Of a stretch of 64,000 nt of DNA, positions 23,309-35,300 are shown piece by piece (the stretch's first letter is position 1; every line of letters begins with the position of its first letter). Where the stretch lies: positions 23,698 through 87,697 of the forward strand of contig MU053823.1 in the NCBI GenBank assembly GCA_013239625.1, in the 5' to 3' direction. A program made the position numbers and the translations under genes. The notes below the pieces were generated by a model. The model was not told where the DNA came from. It saw only the letters and a list, made by a program, of their open reading frames with translations, and made no database searches. This DNA comes from Lama guanicoe (taxonomy: Eukaryota).

Positions 23309-25591
23309 TGAGCTAATAAGAGTAATAGAGTAATGGTCAATCTATGTGGTGTTAAATGGACCTTGAAGTTGGACCAGAGAGATTCCTTCTGTTTATTTTC
23401 TGTTCTATGTGCTTGAACTTGAAGTCGATTTCTTTCTGTTTTACCTTTCTACCCCACAGAGCTCTTCAATGTGCACAGTGTGGGTTAAAGTATCATGGAA
23501 AAACAGTTATGGAAGGGAAAATCTAAAAATAAAACATTCTGTATGCCTTCGCCTACTTTTTTTTTAACCATTGCTTCCAATCCACAGATGTATGGGCAGC
23601 CAGCAATCAGATTCTTTTCCTTTAGGATGCAGGTATGGGTAAACAACTTTTGACTTTCATACCAAGCAGCTTGGGAAAGGAAAATCCAGATGTACAAGTA
23701 AAAAAGATAATTATAAAAAATAATTTTAAGTTCTAAACACCTATAAAATCATGAAGGAACTAGCACGACCTCGTCTGGTGGACATAACCTTTAGTTTACC
23801 CCTTGGTAGCCAACTAAAGTTTACATACAAATGTTTGTGGTGAACCCCATTACGCCCTCTTGTGGACTCAACTGGTATTTTTGGTTGATTTGGGGTGGGG
23901 GTTGGTTGGTTTGATTTTGGCTATACTTGCTCCCTTCCAACCAGGCAAAACAGAACAAAGCAGGGGAAAAAAAGTTGCATATCAATCAGAAGAGATTTAT
24001 CCATTCTATCCTTTTGCAAACATCTTGTTTATTTATTTCATAATATATGACATTGGATAATTTATATATTTGTCTATTATTTTATTATGGTTGTTAGTAT
24101 TTTAATAACACTATTGCTATCATTATGGGGCTCTTTCCATGGGAATATGAACTCCACCAGATCAAGAAGCTTCGTCATATTGCTAACCAATGCATGGTTC
24201 TGGAACTTCGTGGATGCTCAGTAAATATTTTCTGAACACATAAATAAATAAATATAAAATCAGATCTGTTTATTGAGTGCTCTTACCTAGGTGCTTCTTG
24301 CTTGGGTTTCTGGTGCAGAGTGAGATGGTGACAGGAGCTGGAGTTACTTCAAAGCCTTTCTCACATGCATATGGCTGTTGATTGCCTGGAACCTTGGCAG
24401 GATGGCTGAGTTCCAAGAGCACTTTTTCCAGAAGGGCCATTTTTCAAATAAAATACAAGCAGCATAGAATGATTTGTTAGAAGGTGACCCACTGACGGGG
24501 CCAGAACCCAAAGATGATCACCCAGGTACAAGAAGCAAATTGTGGTTTCTCAAAACAATCCCTTAAGGTCCTTTCAAAATAAACATTGGGACCCTGCAGA
24601 ATCAGAGTGTGTTCTGTATTTATCCTTTGTGCTTCGTTGGAAATTTTCAACATTCTACTTCAGGTGACTTGCTGGCATGGCTAAGAATTTCCCAGCCAAA
24701 ACCGCTAACACGCATGACCTCTAAATGGAATTCCAACTCCGGCTGAAATTGCTTTCCAAGTTTTTGTTCAGATAGTTTCCTCATTTTACACGCGAGAGCT
24801 ACTCATAATCGCCCTGAGTAAGGTCACAGAATTAGACACTGGTGAGGCCAGGACTGGAAGCGAGGTTTCTTCCTGAAGCAAGGGGCCGTCCTTGCTTCTT
24901 CCTATTTGAATTTCTAACACTTTGCAGCGTGCCTACTTGAATATTAACTACCCAGCTGTAGTGTGAATTTTCACAGTGGCTTTTGCCTTCCAGGATTTTC
25001 ACACATTGCTCCTCCTAGAGTAGCCTTTGAGGATGTTAGGTCAAGAATTTTTTTTTTTTTTTCCCTTCCTGACCACTCCTTTCACCGGAGTGTCTCATAC
25101 AAATGCAAATGTGAGTCTATCGCCACCTTGTGTCTAAAATGTTCAACTGCAATCGTAAAAGCCCAGTTATGGGAGAAGGATTCACATTTACAAAAAGGTT
25201 CTAGTTCATTCAATGCCAGCGTTTTCCTCACCAAGATCCAACAATTATTACATTTTCCTCATGTATTCTTTACCTCGCTCTCTTGCTTTCTGTTATCTTT
25301 TTTCTGAATGCTTTGAAAGTAAGTTGCACACATAAATACATCTAAGAAACTTAAAAATAATTTAATACATATTCTAAGATATATTTTCTATCCGAATTTT
25401 CCTCAAATGTCTTTTAGAACCCTTTCCCTCCTCAGTCCAGGATCTAATCAAACTTCACACTTAGCCTTCTATTATTGTCACTGCTAAAAGAAAAATTGAG
25501 TAATATTAAAAATGTTAAGAGTTTATTTGAGCAAAAATTGATTCCAATCAGACAGTATCCAATCTAGCAGAGAGAAAGGCATTCCAAGGAC

Positions 25592-26455
25592 TTTTTTTAA
25601 AACATTTTGTATTGAGTTTTAGTCATTTTACAATGTTGTGTCAAATTCCAGTGTAGAGCACAATTTTTCAGTTATACATGAACATACATGTATTCATTGT
25701 TACATTTTTTTTTTCGCTGTGAGCTACTACCAGATCTTGTATATATTTCCCTGTGCTATACAGTATAATCTTGTTTATCTGTTCCGCATATGCCTGTAAG
25801 TATCTACAAATTTTGAACTCCCAGTCTATCCTTTTTGCAACCACAAGTTTGTAGTCTATGTCTATGAGTCTGTTTCTGTTTTGTATTTATGTTCTTTTTT
25901 TTTTTTTTTTTTAGATTCCACATATGAGCGATCTCATATGGTATTTTTCTTTCTCTTTTTGGCTTACTTCACTTAGAATGACATTCTCCAGGAACATCCT
26001 TGTTGCTGCAAATGGTGTTATGTTGTCATTTTTATGGCTGGATAGTATTCCATTGTATAAATATACCACATCTTCTTTATCCAGTCATCTGTTGATGGAC
26101 ATTTAGGTTGTTTCCATGTCTTGGCTACTGTAAATAGTGCTGCTATGAACATTGGGGTGCAAGTGTCTTTTTGAAGTAGGGTTCCTTCTGGATACATGCC
26201 CAGGAGCAGGCATATATGGGTCATATGGTAAGTCTATTCCTAGTCTTTTGAGGAATCTCCATACAGTTTTCCACAGTGGCTGCACCAAACTGCATTCCCA
26301 CCAGCAGTGTGGGAGGGCTTCCTTTTCTCCACAGCCTCTCCAGCATTTGTCATTTGTGGACTTTTGAATGAAGGCCATTCTGACTGGTGTGAGGTGATAC
26401 CTCATTGTAGTTTTGATTTGCATTTCTCTAATAATTAGTGATATTGAGTGTTTTC
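25592..26455 (-). mobile_element. LINE-1 3' end inserted into LTR-like sequence
   Basis: Reverse-strand ORF2 tail [17 protein letters not shown]...[10 protein letters not shown]..., [26 protein letters not shown], then 3' UTR and poly-T. Confidence 0.95.
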
Positions 26456-26459
26456 AAAA

Positions 26460-28440
26460 TGAAAGACTTTTATAGGCAAAAGGGAGCAGGAAAAAACAAA
26501 GCTGCTGTAGGCAAAAAAAAAAAAAAGAAGCAGGCTGGCTACTGCAAAGTTATATACTAAGGAATATTTAGTCAAGGGAGCAGATACAGTACAGCAAGAG
26601 AAAGAGAACACAGGCAGACACTCGGGTTGCTAGAGGCTTCCAGGGGCAATCACCAAGGTTCTTCCTCACACATGCTCTGTGTTCTGTCTCTGAAACAAAC
26701 TACCAAGATCTGTGCAAGGAACCATCACTGGGAAAGCTCAAGAAGGAACTTCCCATATGGTTTCTTACTCCCCACTAGTCACATTGTCAAGTCAGGCTGT
26801 CTGACTGGTTGTGCCAGTTGGAAACCATCCAACAGCCAACTGGCCCAAGGGTCACAGACTTTGAATGCACACGATGAATCCCACTGCCCTTTTTTAGCCA
26901 AGAGTCAAAGCTTGACAACCAAGGGTCCCCAGAGATAAGGCTACCGCTTTCCTGGTCCAGCTCAGCTGTAAGTCAACACCTTCCCACACGGCAGAGCAGG
27001 TGAGGAGGAAGGCATCAGGGAGGGCCTTGTGCTGGGAGACCTGAGGGAGAATTCAAGAAAGTGGGGCTTGCTCTGGATTGGATGCTGTCAGAAACTAGCA
27101 TTTTGGTTCACTGGGTTATTGAATATTGCCGAGGGACTGTGCTAAACTTATAGCTATTTTTGTGGTGATTCTGTCATTGTCTCCAGGGGGCACCTGGATA
27201 CCCGGGCAGGACAGGCATGAATGAACCAGTCAGCTATTCCTAAGGCGAGGTTGTATGTGCCAAAGCCACCCGCGTGTGCCTCATGTCAGCTTAACTATAT
27301 TTCTTGATGGAAATGCATAGACTGATGCTCTGCACAATTCACCTGTTTCCCAGGCAGGTTTTGGCTATGTGACAGCGGGGGATAAAAGATCTCTTAACAA
27401 ACTTGTGCTTGACTTCCCAGAAACTGAAATATCACACACACATCTTGTGGTTCATGTTCTAGAGATGGAAGAGTCTAGAGACAGGATAGGGCCCCGGAAG
27501 GTGTGGGCCTTCCTGACACCTGCCTGTGTCTCCTTCCTCCTGTGGTATCAGATACTCTGGAGTATTTTTTTAATTCCTTTTACTTGTATTGCTGAAGTTT
27601 TCTTAATAGTTTTAGTGCAGAGGCAGGAATAATGCTCTAAGACTTAAGTTGTAAATGGGAAAGAAGCTGCAGTCACTGATGTGAGCGGGGAGAGGGGCAT
27701 ATTTGGCTATTTTTGTAGTCCAACAGTGTTCTGATTGTTCTTAGAGATGATTAATGAGTGGCCTTGTTTTTGCCTGACTCCACCACGGCCCCAGGGTGAC
27801 TTTGTGTAATATTTGTGTTCTGTGAAATTATGATGTTCAGCAGAGAACACCAGCTAAGAGCTCTCAGGGATGTTTTTTTCTATCTTAACCCCTTGCTTTT
27901 GGTTAAAGGCAGGTGAATTCAAGTCACAGGACAGTAATCTGTGACACCCAGACCATCACCATGGCTGAAGTTCTGTAAATCAGGAGATCTCCCAGAGAAC
28001 GTTGTATGTAGGCGGACTAGAGCCTTTCATGTTGCTGCTGTAAGTTGTTGAGCCGTGAGATGCGATCGTGGCCGTGCAGTGGCACCTGGGGCTCTGGAGA
28101 GGATACAAAGAGTCAAGTACAACACAGACAACTATCAGCAACAAAACTGTGTTAGTCCTTGAAATAGACCACAAAGCCCAGACCCGGGATAACGAATCCT
28201 GACCAATAAAATGCGCCCCAATGTCCTTGTGGGTTCATTTCAGAGAGCCAGCTGGGTGTTCCCTTTAGCTGAATCATGGGCTGTTTACTTAATTGTTCGT
28301 ATTCTTTTTTATGAATGTGTTGGCCCCACAGTTTCATATCCTAGTGTCTTCCAGGTTTTATTCATGGCTGTATCATTCGGCCTTTTCAAGTTAAGAGTCT
28401 CAGCCGTCCGGGGTACGGAGCACAAGATCTGAGTAAGGCT
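26460..28440 (-). mobile_element. Degraded ERV cluster: LTR fragments plus env TM remnant, PPT and 3' LTR (MER31/MER67-like, tentative)
   Basis: Reverse-strand peptide QLKGTPSWLSEMNPQGHWGAFYW followed by a hydrophobic stretch and CILSR; purine tract AAAAGCAAGGGG at 27889-27900 abutting LTR-like sequence. Confidence 0.55.
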
Positions 28441-31134
28441 TCTGATTCTTAGATAACCGTAAAATTAAAAACCTGAGGATTCTCAAGTGACCCCCCCCCT
28501 TAGTGGAATTCTCTTTGATCCTGTCCTCCTCTGAGCAGAAAACTTCCTAAAATGAGTGCTTCTCTATGACCACATCTTCACGGTCTGTAGTGGGTTTTTG
28601 TCTTTGACTCTCCAATGATATCAATATATTCTTGAAGAAAATAAATCATATCTTATTTTTCTTTGTTTCTAACCATAGGACCTAAAACACATACAAATGA
28701 ATATTTTTTTGAGCCAATGACTAAATCTCCATGTTTAAGGGGTGGTAATAGCTGTAGTCTAAATGTTTTGTGAAGTCCGTGTTTCTCCAAAGGACGGTAT
28801 TAGACATTTCCAGACAGGTGGTGGATTCAGTGATGAATTACATAAGTAAGAATACTGCATTAGATTTCAATCATTTTTACACCTCATTCCCCCTCCTCAT
28901 CTCAAGACTTTTATATTTTCTGTAGTAAAGAAAAGAGGTGTGGAACTGAAGCTGTGTGACCTACCGTACAGGTGGTAGCGTTTGGTGTGACGCCATTTGC
29001 AAATGGAAGGATTAAAACCTGATCTAAACGGTTTTAGATGAAGGGTAAAACCCTCTCTTTGACACTGATGAACTTGGTTTGGAAAATTGAAAACATACAG
29101 CTCCATAAACGCAGCTCACAGCATCCGTATTCACTGGGCTCCTGACTGTCCATCTGTTTCTGCCCCCATTACTTTTATTCTTAATCGCTCATCTACAGGT
29201 GGGCAAGGTGCGATTAGAAATTTCTTGGCAACTCTAACAACCAGCCAGCGAGGCAGAAAACAAACTTCTGAGAACAAGGAGGGCAATTTCACATATCAAG
29301 CAGGCTGTTCCTTTCAGAGGAGAAGGTGATCTCCTTTTCGATGGGTTGCAACATCAGGAACTGAACAGCTTTGTTTATTTTAAAACACAATTAACTGCCT
29401 ATGTTTTACTGATCTTGGGTAATTGTCCTATTTGTCTTGCTGACTTAAACTTCTTAGAGAGGTGAACTAGAAGTTCAAGGTGTTCTCAGGAACCCTGAAA
29501 AAGAGTTTAAATTTCTGTCGCATCACTTACTGTCTGGGTGAGCCTATAAAAATAATAGTTTTTTTTTCTGATACTGTATTTTTCCTAGTGGTAAAATAAG
29601 AATAAACAATACATTTAAAATTGTATTTTCTGAGGGTTAAATAAGATACTGTCAACACCAGCGCTTAGCACACTGCCTGTTAATCACTAAGAACTCAGTA
29701 AATACCCTCCCTCTTCAATGGTTGGTCCTCCCTTCCTTCATCCTCACCCACCCCCGTCTCCCTCTCTCCCTGCCCTCTCCCATCCTCCCTCCCCCTTTCC
29801 TCTCGTCCCTTTCTCTGGGAAGTAAACTCCTTTAGACGGCTGTGTCTTATCCATCTTGCTATCTCTAGAACCTAGAATTACTGCTGAGGCCTAGCAAGTA
29901 CTCTAGATATGGCTGGATTCCTATCTGAATTTTCTGGAATGAGGGTCCATTAACCATGTTAATCAGATAAAATTTGGGGGGTAGGTTCATCAGATAAAAT
30001 TATGTTTGAGGAACGAGATATCATAAAAACAGTCCAGTTCCCAAGGTGGTTTAAAAGAAGAGTGCAAAATATATATATTAACACTAACTTGCCCTGATTA
30101 ACGTTTAGATGAACAGCACAAAATTTTTGCAGTTGAAAAAAACACAAATATTTTAACGAAGTTTCACTATGTCAGGTTTATTAGCCTCGGGAATAAAGAA
30201 TCCGTTGCTTTGATTTATAAACAGTCTGCCTGGTGCTGTTTGTCTCGAGTACTGATGAGTGGAAGCTAGTGAACTTGTTCTGGAAACTAGCGACTTACGA
30301 GCGTGAGGAACGGAGTGCAGACAGTGGCTCTAACAGCAAGCCTGAGGGCCAGCAGAGGGAAGGGGGTCAGGCAGAAACAGGGACCAACAACCTGAGGTTC
30401 CAGCGGAAAGAAATTCAAGGTTCAAAGCAGCAGGGCAGGTCCACAGTGGAGGATTAGCCCTCTAGCAGAGATTTTAAGGGAAACGGCCTCCCAGGCAGGG
30501 TCAGAGGAAAGTCAGACTGAAAACACAAGTCCCAGCTTGAAATGGGGAAGGGAGTGATGGCTCAGTTCCGCTGAGACGTTTCACGCACGGAGTTCTGCGT
30601 TGGAACTGGAACTGTGGTCAAGCGCGGACCCCGTTCCCACGTGCCTGGGCCCTGGGCTTCCATCGCACCTGCTCACCGCGCCTCCTCACCGCTCATGGTT
30701 GGTTTTGCTGTTCTTTCCTTTGTATTTTATCTTGCAGTGTTGCACGCCTATTTCTGAAAGGTCAAAACCTGTTCAGATCTTTCATTACCCAATATGTCAT
30801 TCTTCAAGTCAGATGCATTAACTCCGTCAATACTTGAAACAGAAAGATGTGTTTTAAAAAAGCCAAATGGGAGAATTAACACACTAAAGACTCTGTCAAG
30901 AGGTTGCCAGATCCCCTGGCGTGGTTCCTCTTCCTGGTAGAAATGTTTTGCAATTCAAATGATGATAAAGCTTTTTTTTTGTCAAGGAGTGACTAGTGTG
31001 TGTATACACTGACACATATCACCTTTTCTTTCATTTTTTTAGGAAGAAAAGGGTATTGGGCATTGTAAAGAAAATCTCACTAAGAAAATCGTAGTAAATG
31101 TTGAACATACATCGATATTTCAAATGTTGTATTC

Positions 31135-31625
31135 TGTGCGGGGCCACCTGGTGTCTGCCGAGGCCCTGTGACCCCCATCCCTGGGCTCTCAGGTTTCCGC
31201 CTGCAATCCATCAAAAAAACCCAGAGTACTCCCTTTTCTGACGTGTGTTTGCCCTGGCAGAATTAACGGCCCTGGGAAGCGGCTAGCCTCACAATCACTC
31301 AGGCTGCCTCGTCTCGGCCCATGTTTCCTCCTTATTGGAGTCATAAATCCCACTGTCTCTTCATGGACCCTAACTCTCTTACCTCACCCATAACCAATCA
31401 AAACCTTGTGCACAAGCTGATCGCACAGCCCCCTCTGCTCACCAACCCCTTCCCATAAAAGACCTCAGCAGGTGGCCCTCGTGCTCACACAGGTCCCTCT
31501 CGTCTGGGTGGCCCACTGTTGCCTATAACAACGTATCTGTTAAACTTTTTCTTTGTTTCTTAAACTTTTCTTTGTCTCTCGTAAATTTTTTTACCACCCG
31601 CACACCAGCCCGCCGTGACCCCCAA
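31135..31625 (+). mobile_element. ERVL-class solo LTR (MER54/MER74-like, tentative)
   Basis: TG start; 5-bp TSD TATTC (31130-31134 and 31626-31630); CCAAT at 31394 and CATAAAA at 31454; U5 GTAAATTTTTTTACCACCCGC. Confidence 0.72.
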
Positions 31626-32124
31626 TATTCTGTATTACAAAATCATAGAAAAATAATAGTTTCAATTATCTGTAAAATGAGCCCATATTGAGATACCTCA
31701 TTGTATCTGGGTTTGGGCAACATCAGATACGCTACTTCTCTCGGAAGCCTGGAAAATTTACCTTTGAGGACGTGGAACGAGGACAGCAAGTCCCTACCTT
31801 TGGAAAGGTATTTCCTTCCCAGTGCTAATTCCCACGTACTTAATGCTTTAGATGCCGCAGCCAGCCCTGTGAGTGGGGAGTTAAATTAAATTAACGACAT
31901 CTTCCATGTCACACAAGCGCTTTCTTTGTTTTCCTCCTTCTTCCTGTCCAGCCTGTGCTGCTGATTCCAAACATGGATCAGCATCCAGTGAACTTAAGAA
32001 GGAAGTTGTACATAAGGTGACACCGACCCCCTCCGCCAAGAAGTAATGGGAGAGGTGATCAAATGTGATGGATGTGATCTGACACGCGCTCCAAAATGTA
32101 ACTGATCCTTCATCGTGGGTACTG

Positions 32125-32131
32125 TATAAAA
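32125..32131 (+). promoter_or_regulatory. TATA box of the ovostatin gene
   Basis: Consensus TATAAAA about 150 nt upstream of the ATG, followed by a purine-rich leader. Confidence 0.7.
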
Positions 32132-32280
32132 GCAACAGTACACAGACAGAGGCAGAGTAGAAGGAGAGGAAGACAGGAAAGAGCTGAGACAGCTGACTTC
32201 TAAAAGGAAAGAAAGACAGAGAGAAAGAGAGAGAGAGCATATTTACCTTGAAGTCTTTATCATTCGGGCATTGGGGCAAG

Positions 32281-32345
32281 ATGGTGCCCACCATTTTTCT
32301 GAGCACCGTTTTGCTCCACTTCACTGTCTCTGTGGCTTTGAAACC
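32281..32345 (+). CDS. OVOS2: Ovostatin exon 1 (signal peptide)
   Basis: AAGATGG Kozak; MVPTIFLSTVLLHFTVSVALK(P) |gtaagg, phase 2. Confidence 0.88.
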
Positions 32346-35300
32346 GTAAGGAAATATTATACTTTCTATTCATTTAAGTACTGGCGAAGTGACCTTTTTA
32401 AATATGTTCTGTGCTAAAATTTGATTGTAGGGCACCATTTCAACTCCTGAGACTGAGTGCTGGTTTACCTTGTAAATTTTAAACAAGTGGAGGCAGGGGT
32501 CTGACATCTTTTTTCTTAAGCTACCTCTCTCTCTCTCTCTCTGCTTCTCAAGGTTATTGCAATACTATGAAAAATGCACAGGTTTCAGGAATATGTCGAT
32601 GGGCCAAAATTGCCTTTCCTGCGTGTTCTGCGTTTCTCCTCCACTCGTTTAGAGAGTTGACCGATTACTTTCTTTGCACAGGCAATATATCCTATGGGTC
32701 TCCTCTGTGATGCAAAGTCATTCTCCAGAGCAAGCTTGTCTCCACCTTTTAAACCTCAATGAATCTGTATCCTTGAGTGTCGTCTTGGAATATGGTGGAT
32801 CCAATACCACTATTTTTGACCAGTCTGTGGAAGAAGATAACTTCTACACTTGTGCAAATTTTGAGGTGAGGCGCTGAGTTTGAAATTTCAGAACTTCAGG
32901 TGGAAAAAAATGAAATTACTGCTTAAATATTATTTTCAGAGCAATAACAAATCTTGATTTGGGATAAATCGGGGAGGAACATTGGAGAATTCTTGAGAGG
33001 CAAGTAGAAGGAAAAGTTACATGTACAACAAAATCTGTGAACTACTCCACTCTTCTATTACAGAGAATGGTAATAAGACGTAATTCCTGCCTTTTAGATG
33101 GTAGAACTATTTAGTAATAAGAGGACAGGAAACTAAGTAAAAGGAAGCAGGACTGGGACTCAGAGGAACATAAAAAACAACAGACAAGAAGACAAAAATA
33201 AATTTATTACTGTGAATTGTGACAAGTGATCACAGAGTCTCTCTATTAAGAAATTATGAGTTTACAAGACTCTCACAGGTTGAGAGTAAATTAAGACATA
33301 ATTTACCATCTTAATGTCTAATAATAATTTTCCTTTTCTCTTTTCTTCAACATAAACAGGTTTCTCAGAAGTCCTCGGAGCAGTTGGCTTTCGTGACATT
33401 GTTGGCAAAGGGAGACACTCTTAAAATCTTTGAGAGGAGAGCTGTAGCCATCTCTTCGGAAGAGACAGTAACCTTTGTGCAGACAGATAAGCCCATCTAT
33501 AAAGCTGGAGAGGATGGTGAGTCAATATTTATGTTTCCTTCATATCGTGGACATGAGAGACCCATTCTTCCCATTCCGAGCAATCCAAACACATGATTCA
33601 AGTTAAACCCAAACACATAGTTTTAAATTCCACCTTAATGTCACAGGAGCAAGAATTCCTAGAATTTTGACTGGTTGTCCAGGTCAGTTATGAAACCGTG
33701 CCCTCCAACTCCAGTAAAAATGCTTCGTCTCTTACAATTCTGCATGCCGTTTCACTGTTTACAAATTCCCATGACAGGCTCACATAATTCAACAGCTCCA
33801 CAATTTACCAGCTGGACACGCAAATTAAATTTCTATTTAGACTCAATTTTTTCACCGATAGCATGGAGACAGTAGAAGTGTCTCGCTTGTAGAACTCTTG
33901 TGAGAAGAAAATAATTGGTCAACGTGCAGTCGTACCTAGCACACAGCAAGGAGCCCTTAAAGGATATTTATCATTATCTTTATTATTATTATTTATGCCA
34001 GTAGAAGTGATCAGAAGCCTGATCACCTAAGCAGAGCACTTTTATTTGATTTTTTTTATTGGTGCAAATAGAAAGGAGAAGAAAGAACGCCAAACTAAGA
34101 TTCAGAAGGATATAGATTTCATCTTGGCTTCGTTAATTAATGACTGGCTTTTTCCAAGTAAATTCTCATCTCTGAGATCTTCAGTTTTCTCAGGTATAAA
34201 ATTAGAGGTTGGATAAGAGTATCCATACACTTCCTTCTGACTAATATTATGTGTTTGTATAATTGACTGAAAAGAAATGAACAAAAACAGGATTCTTCGA
34301 GTGAGATGTTTTTGCTGCATTTTCTTTTCTGGACTCATTAAAGTGCTATGATGACAGTTATATATACAAAAGTAGCTAACACAGTCTTTCTGGAATTCGG
34401 CTAAAAATTGACTTAATGTTTGCAAATCTCAATATATTCTTCCAGGAAAATTGCATGTAACTTATCACGTGTATTTCGCATTTGTCCTTCTATGACTAAT
34501 TCTGCCACCAATTTTTGAGATATCCCTGTGGGTCATTAGAGTAAGAGTTTCCAGAAGGGGTAGCAGCTAGTGTCAGCTTTGGGGACACCAGAGTGTCATC
34601 AACAGAGGAATTACAAATGTGCACCAGAGCCTCCAGTCTTAAAGGGTTAACTCAGAGCTAGAGGAGGAGGGGGCGGCATTCTGTGACGGAAAGGTAATTA
34701 ATTTTTATGTCTATTTACAAGCAATCATACCTTGGGAGAGAAATAACAAGGAAAAAATATTGTCCTTTCTTCTCTTTTCTTTTAGTTAAAGTTCGCATCG
34801 TGACACTGAATACCAATTTCATACCTACTGAGGATTTGGTGAGTTCAGTCATTTCAATAACACAATGAAATTGAAGCAAATTAAATAAATCCATTGCTAT
34901 AGACAGTGTCATCAGGAAGCTTTCCATAAGTGTGGAAATAGGTTCTAACATGCAGAACTGTAGAATATAGTTTCAAAGATAATCCTCAAATGTAAACCTA
35001 AAACTTTCCTATGTAGTGAACTGACTTATACGTCTTTAGGTCTTTTCATCATATAAGGGGAAAAAAAGGCTCAGCGGAACGTGCTGTGCTTTGCACTTCC
35101 CAGAGGAGGCCTGGGGTCTCTTTCACTTTTGGCATTTTCTTGGCATCTTTGGTTCTAGAAACTTTGCGCTCTGGCAAAGTGAGGAATAAGTCAACGTCGA
35201 AATCAGATAATCTTTAGAATACAACATCTGACAAAAAAGAATGAACTATTAAAATATTAACTTGCATTATTTTTCTTCTTTCAGTATCCTTTGATCACAC

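Noticed and set aside
31880..31895. GTTAAATTAAATTAAC as an HNF1 site upstream of ovostatin
   Set aside because: Half-site spacing is 3 bp longer than the GTTAATNATTAAC consensus, so it cannot support liver specificity.
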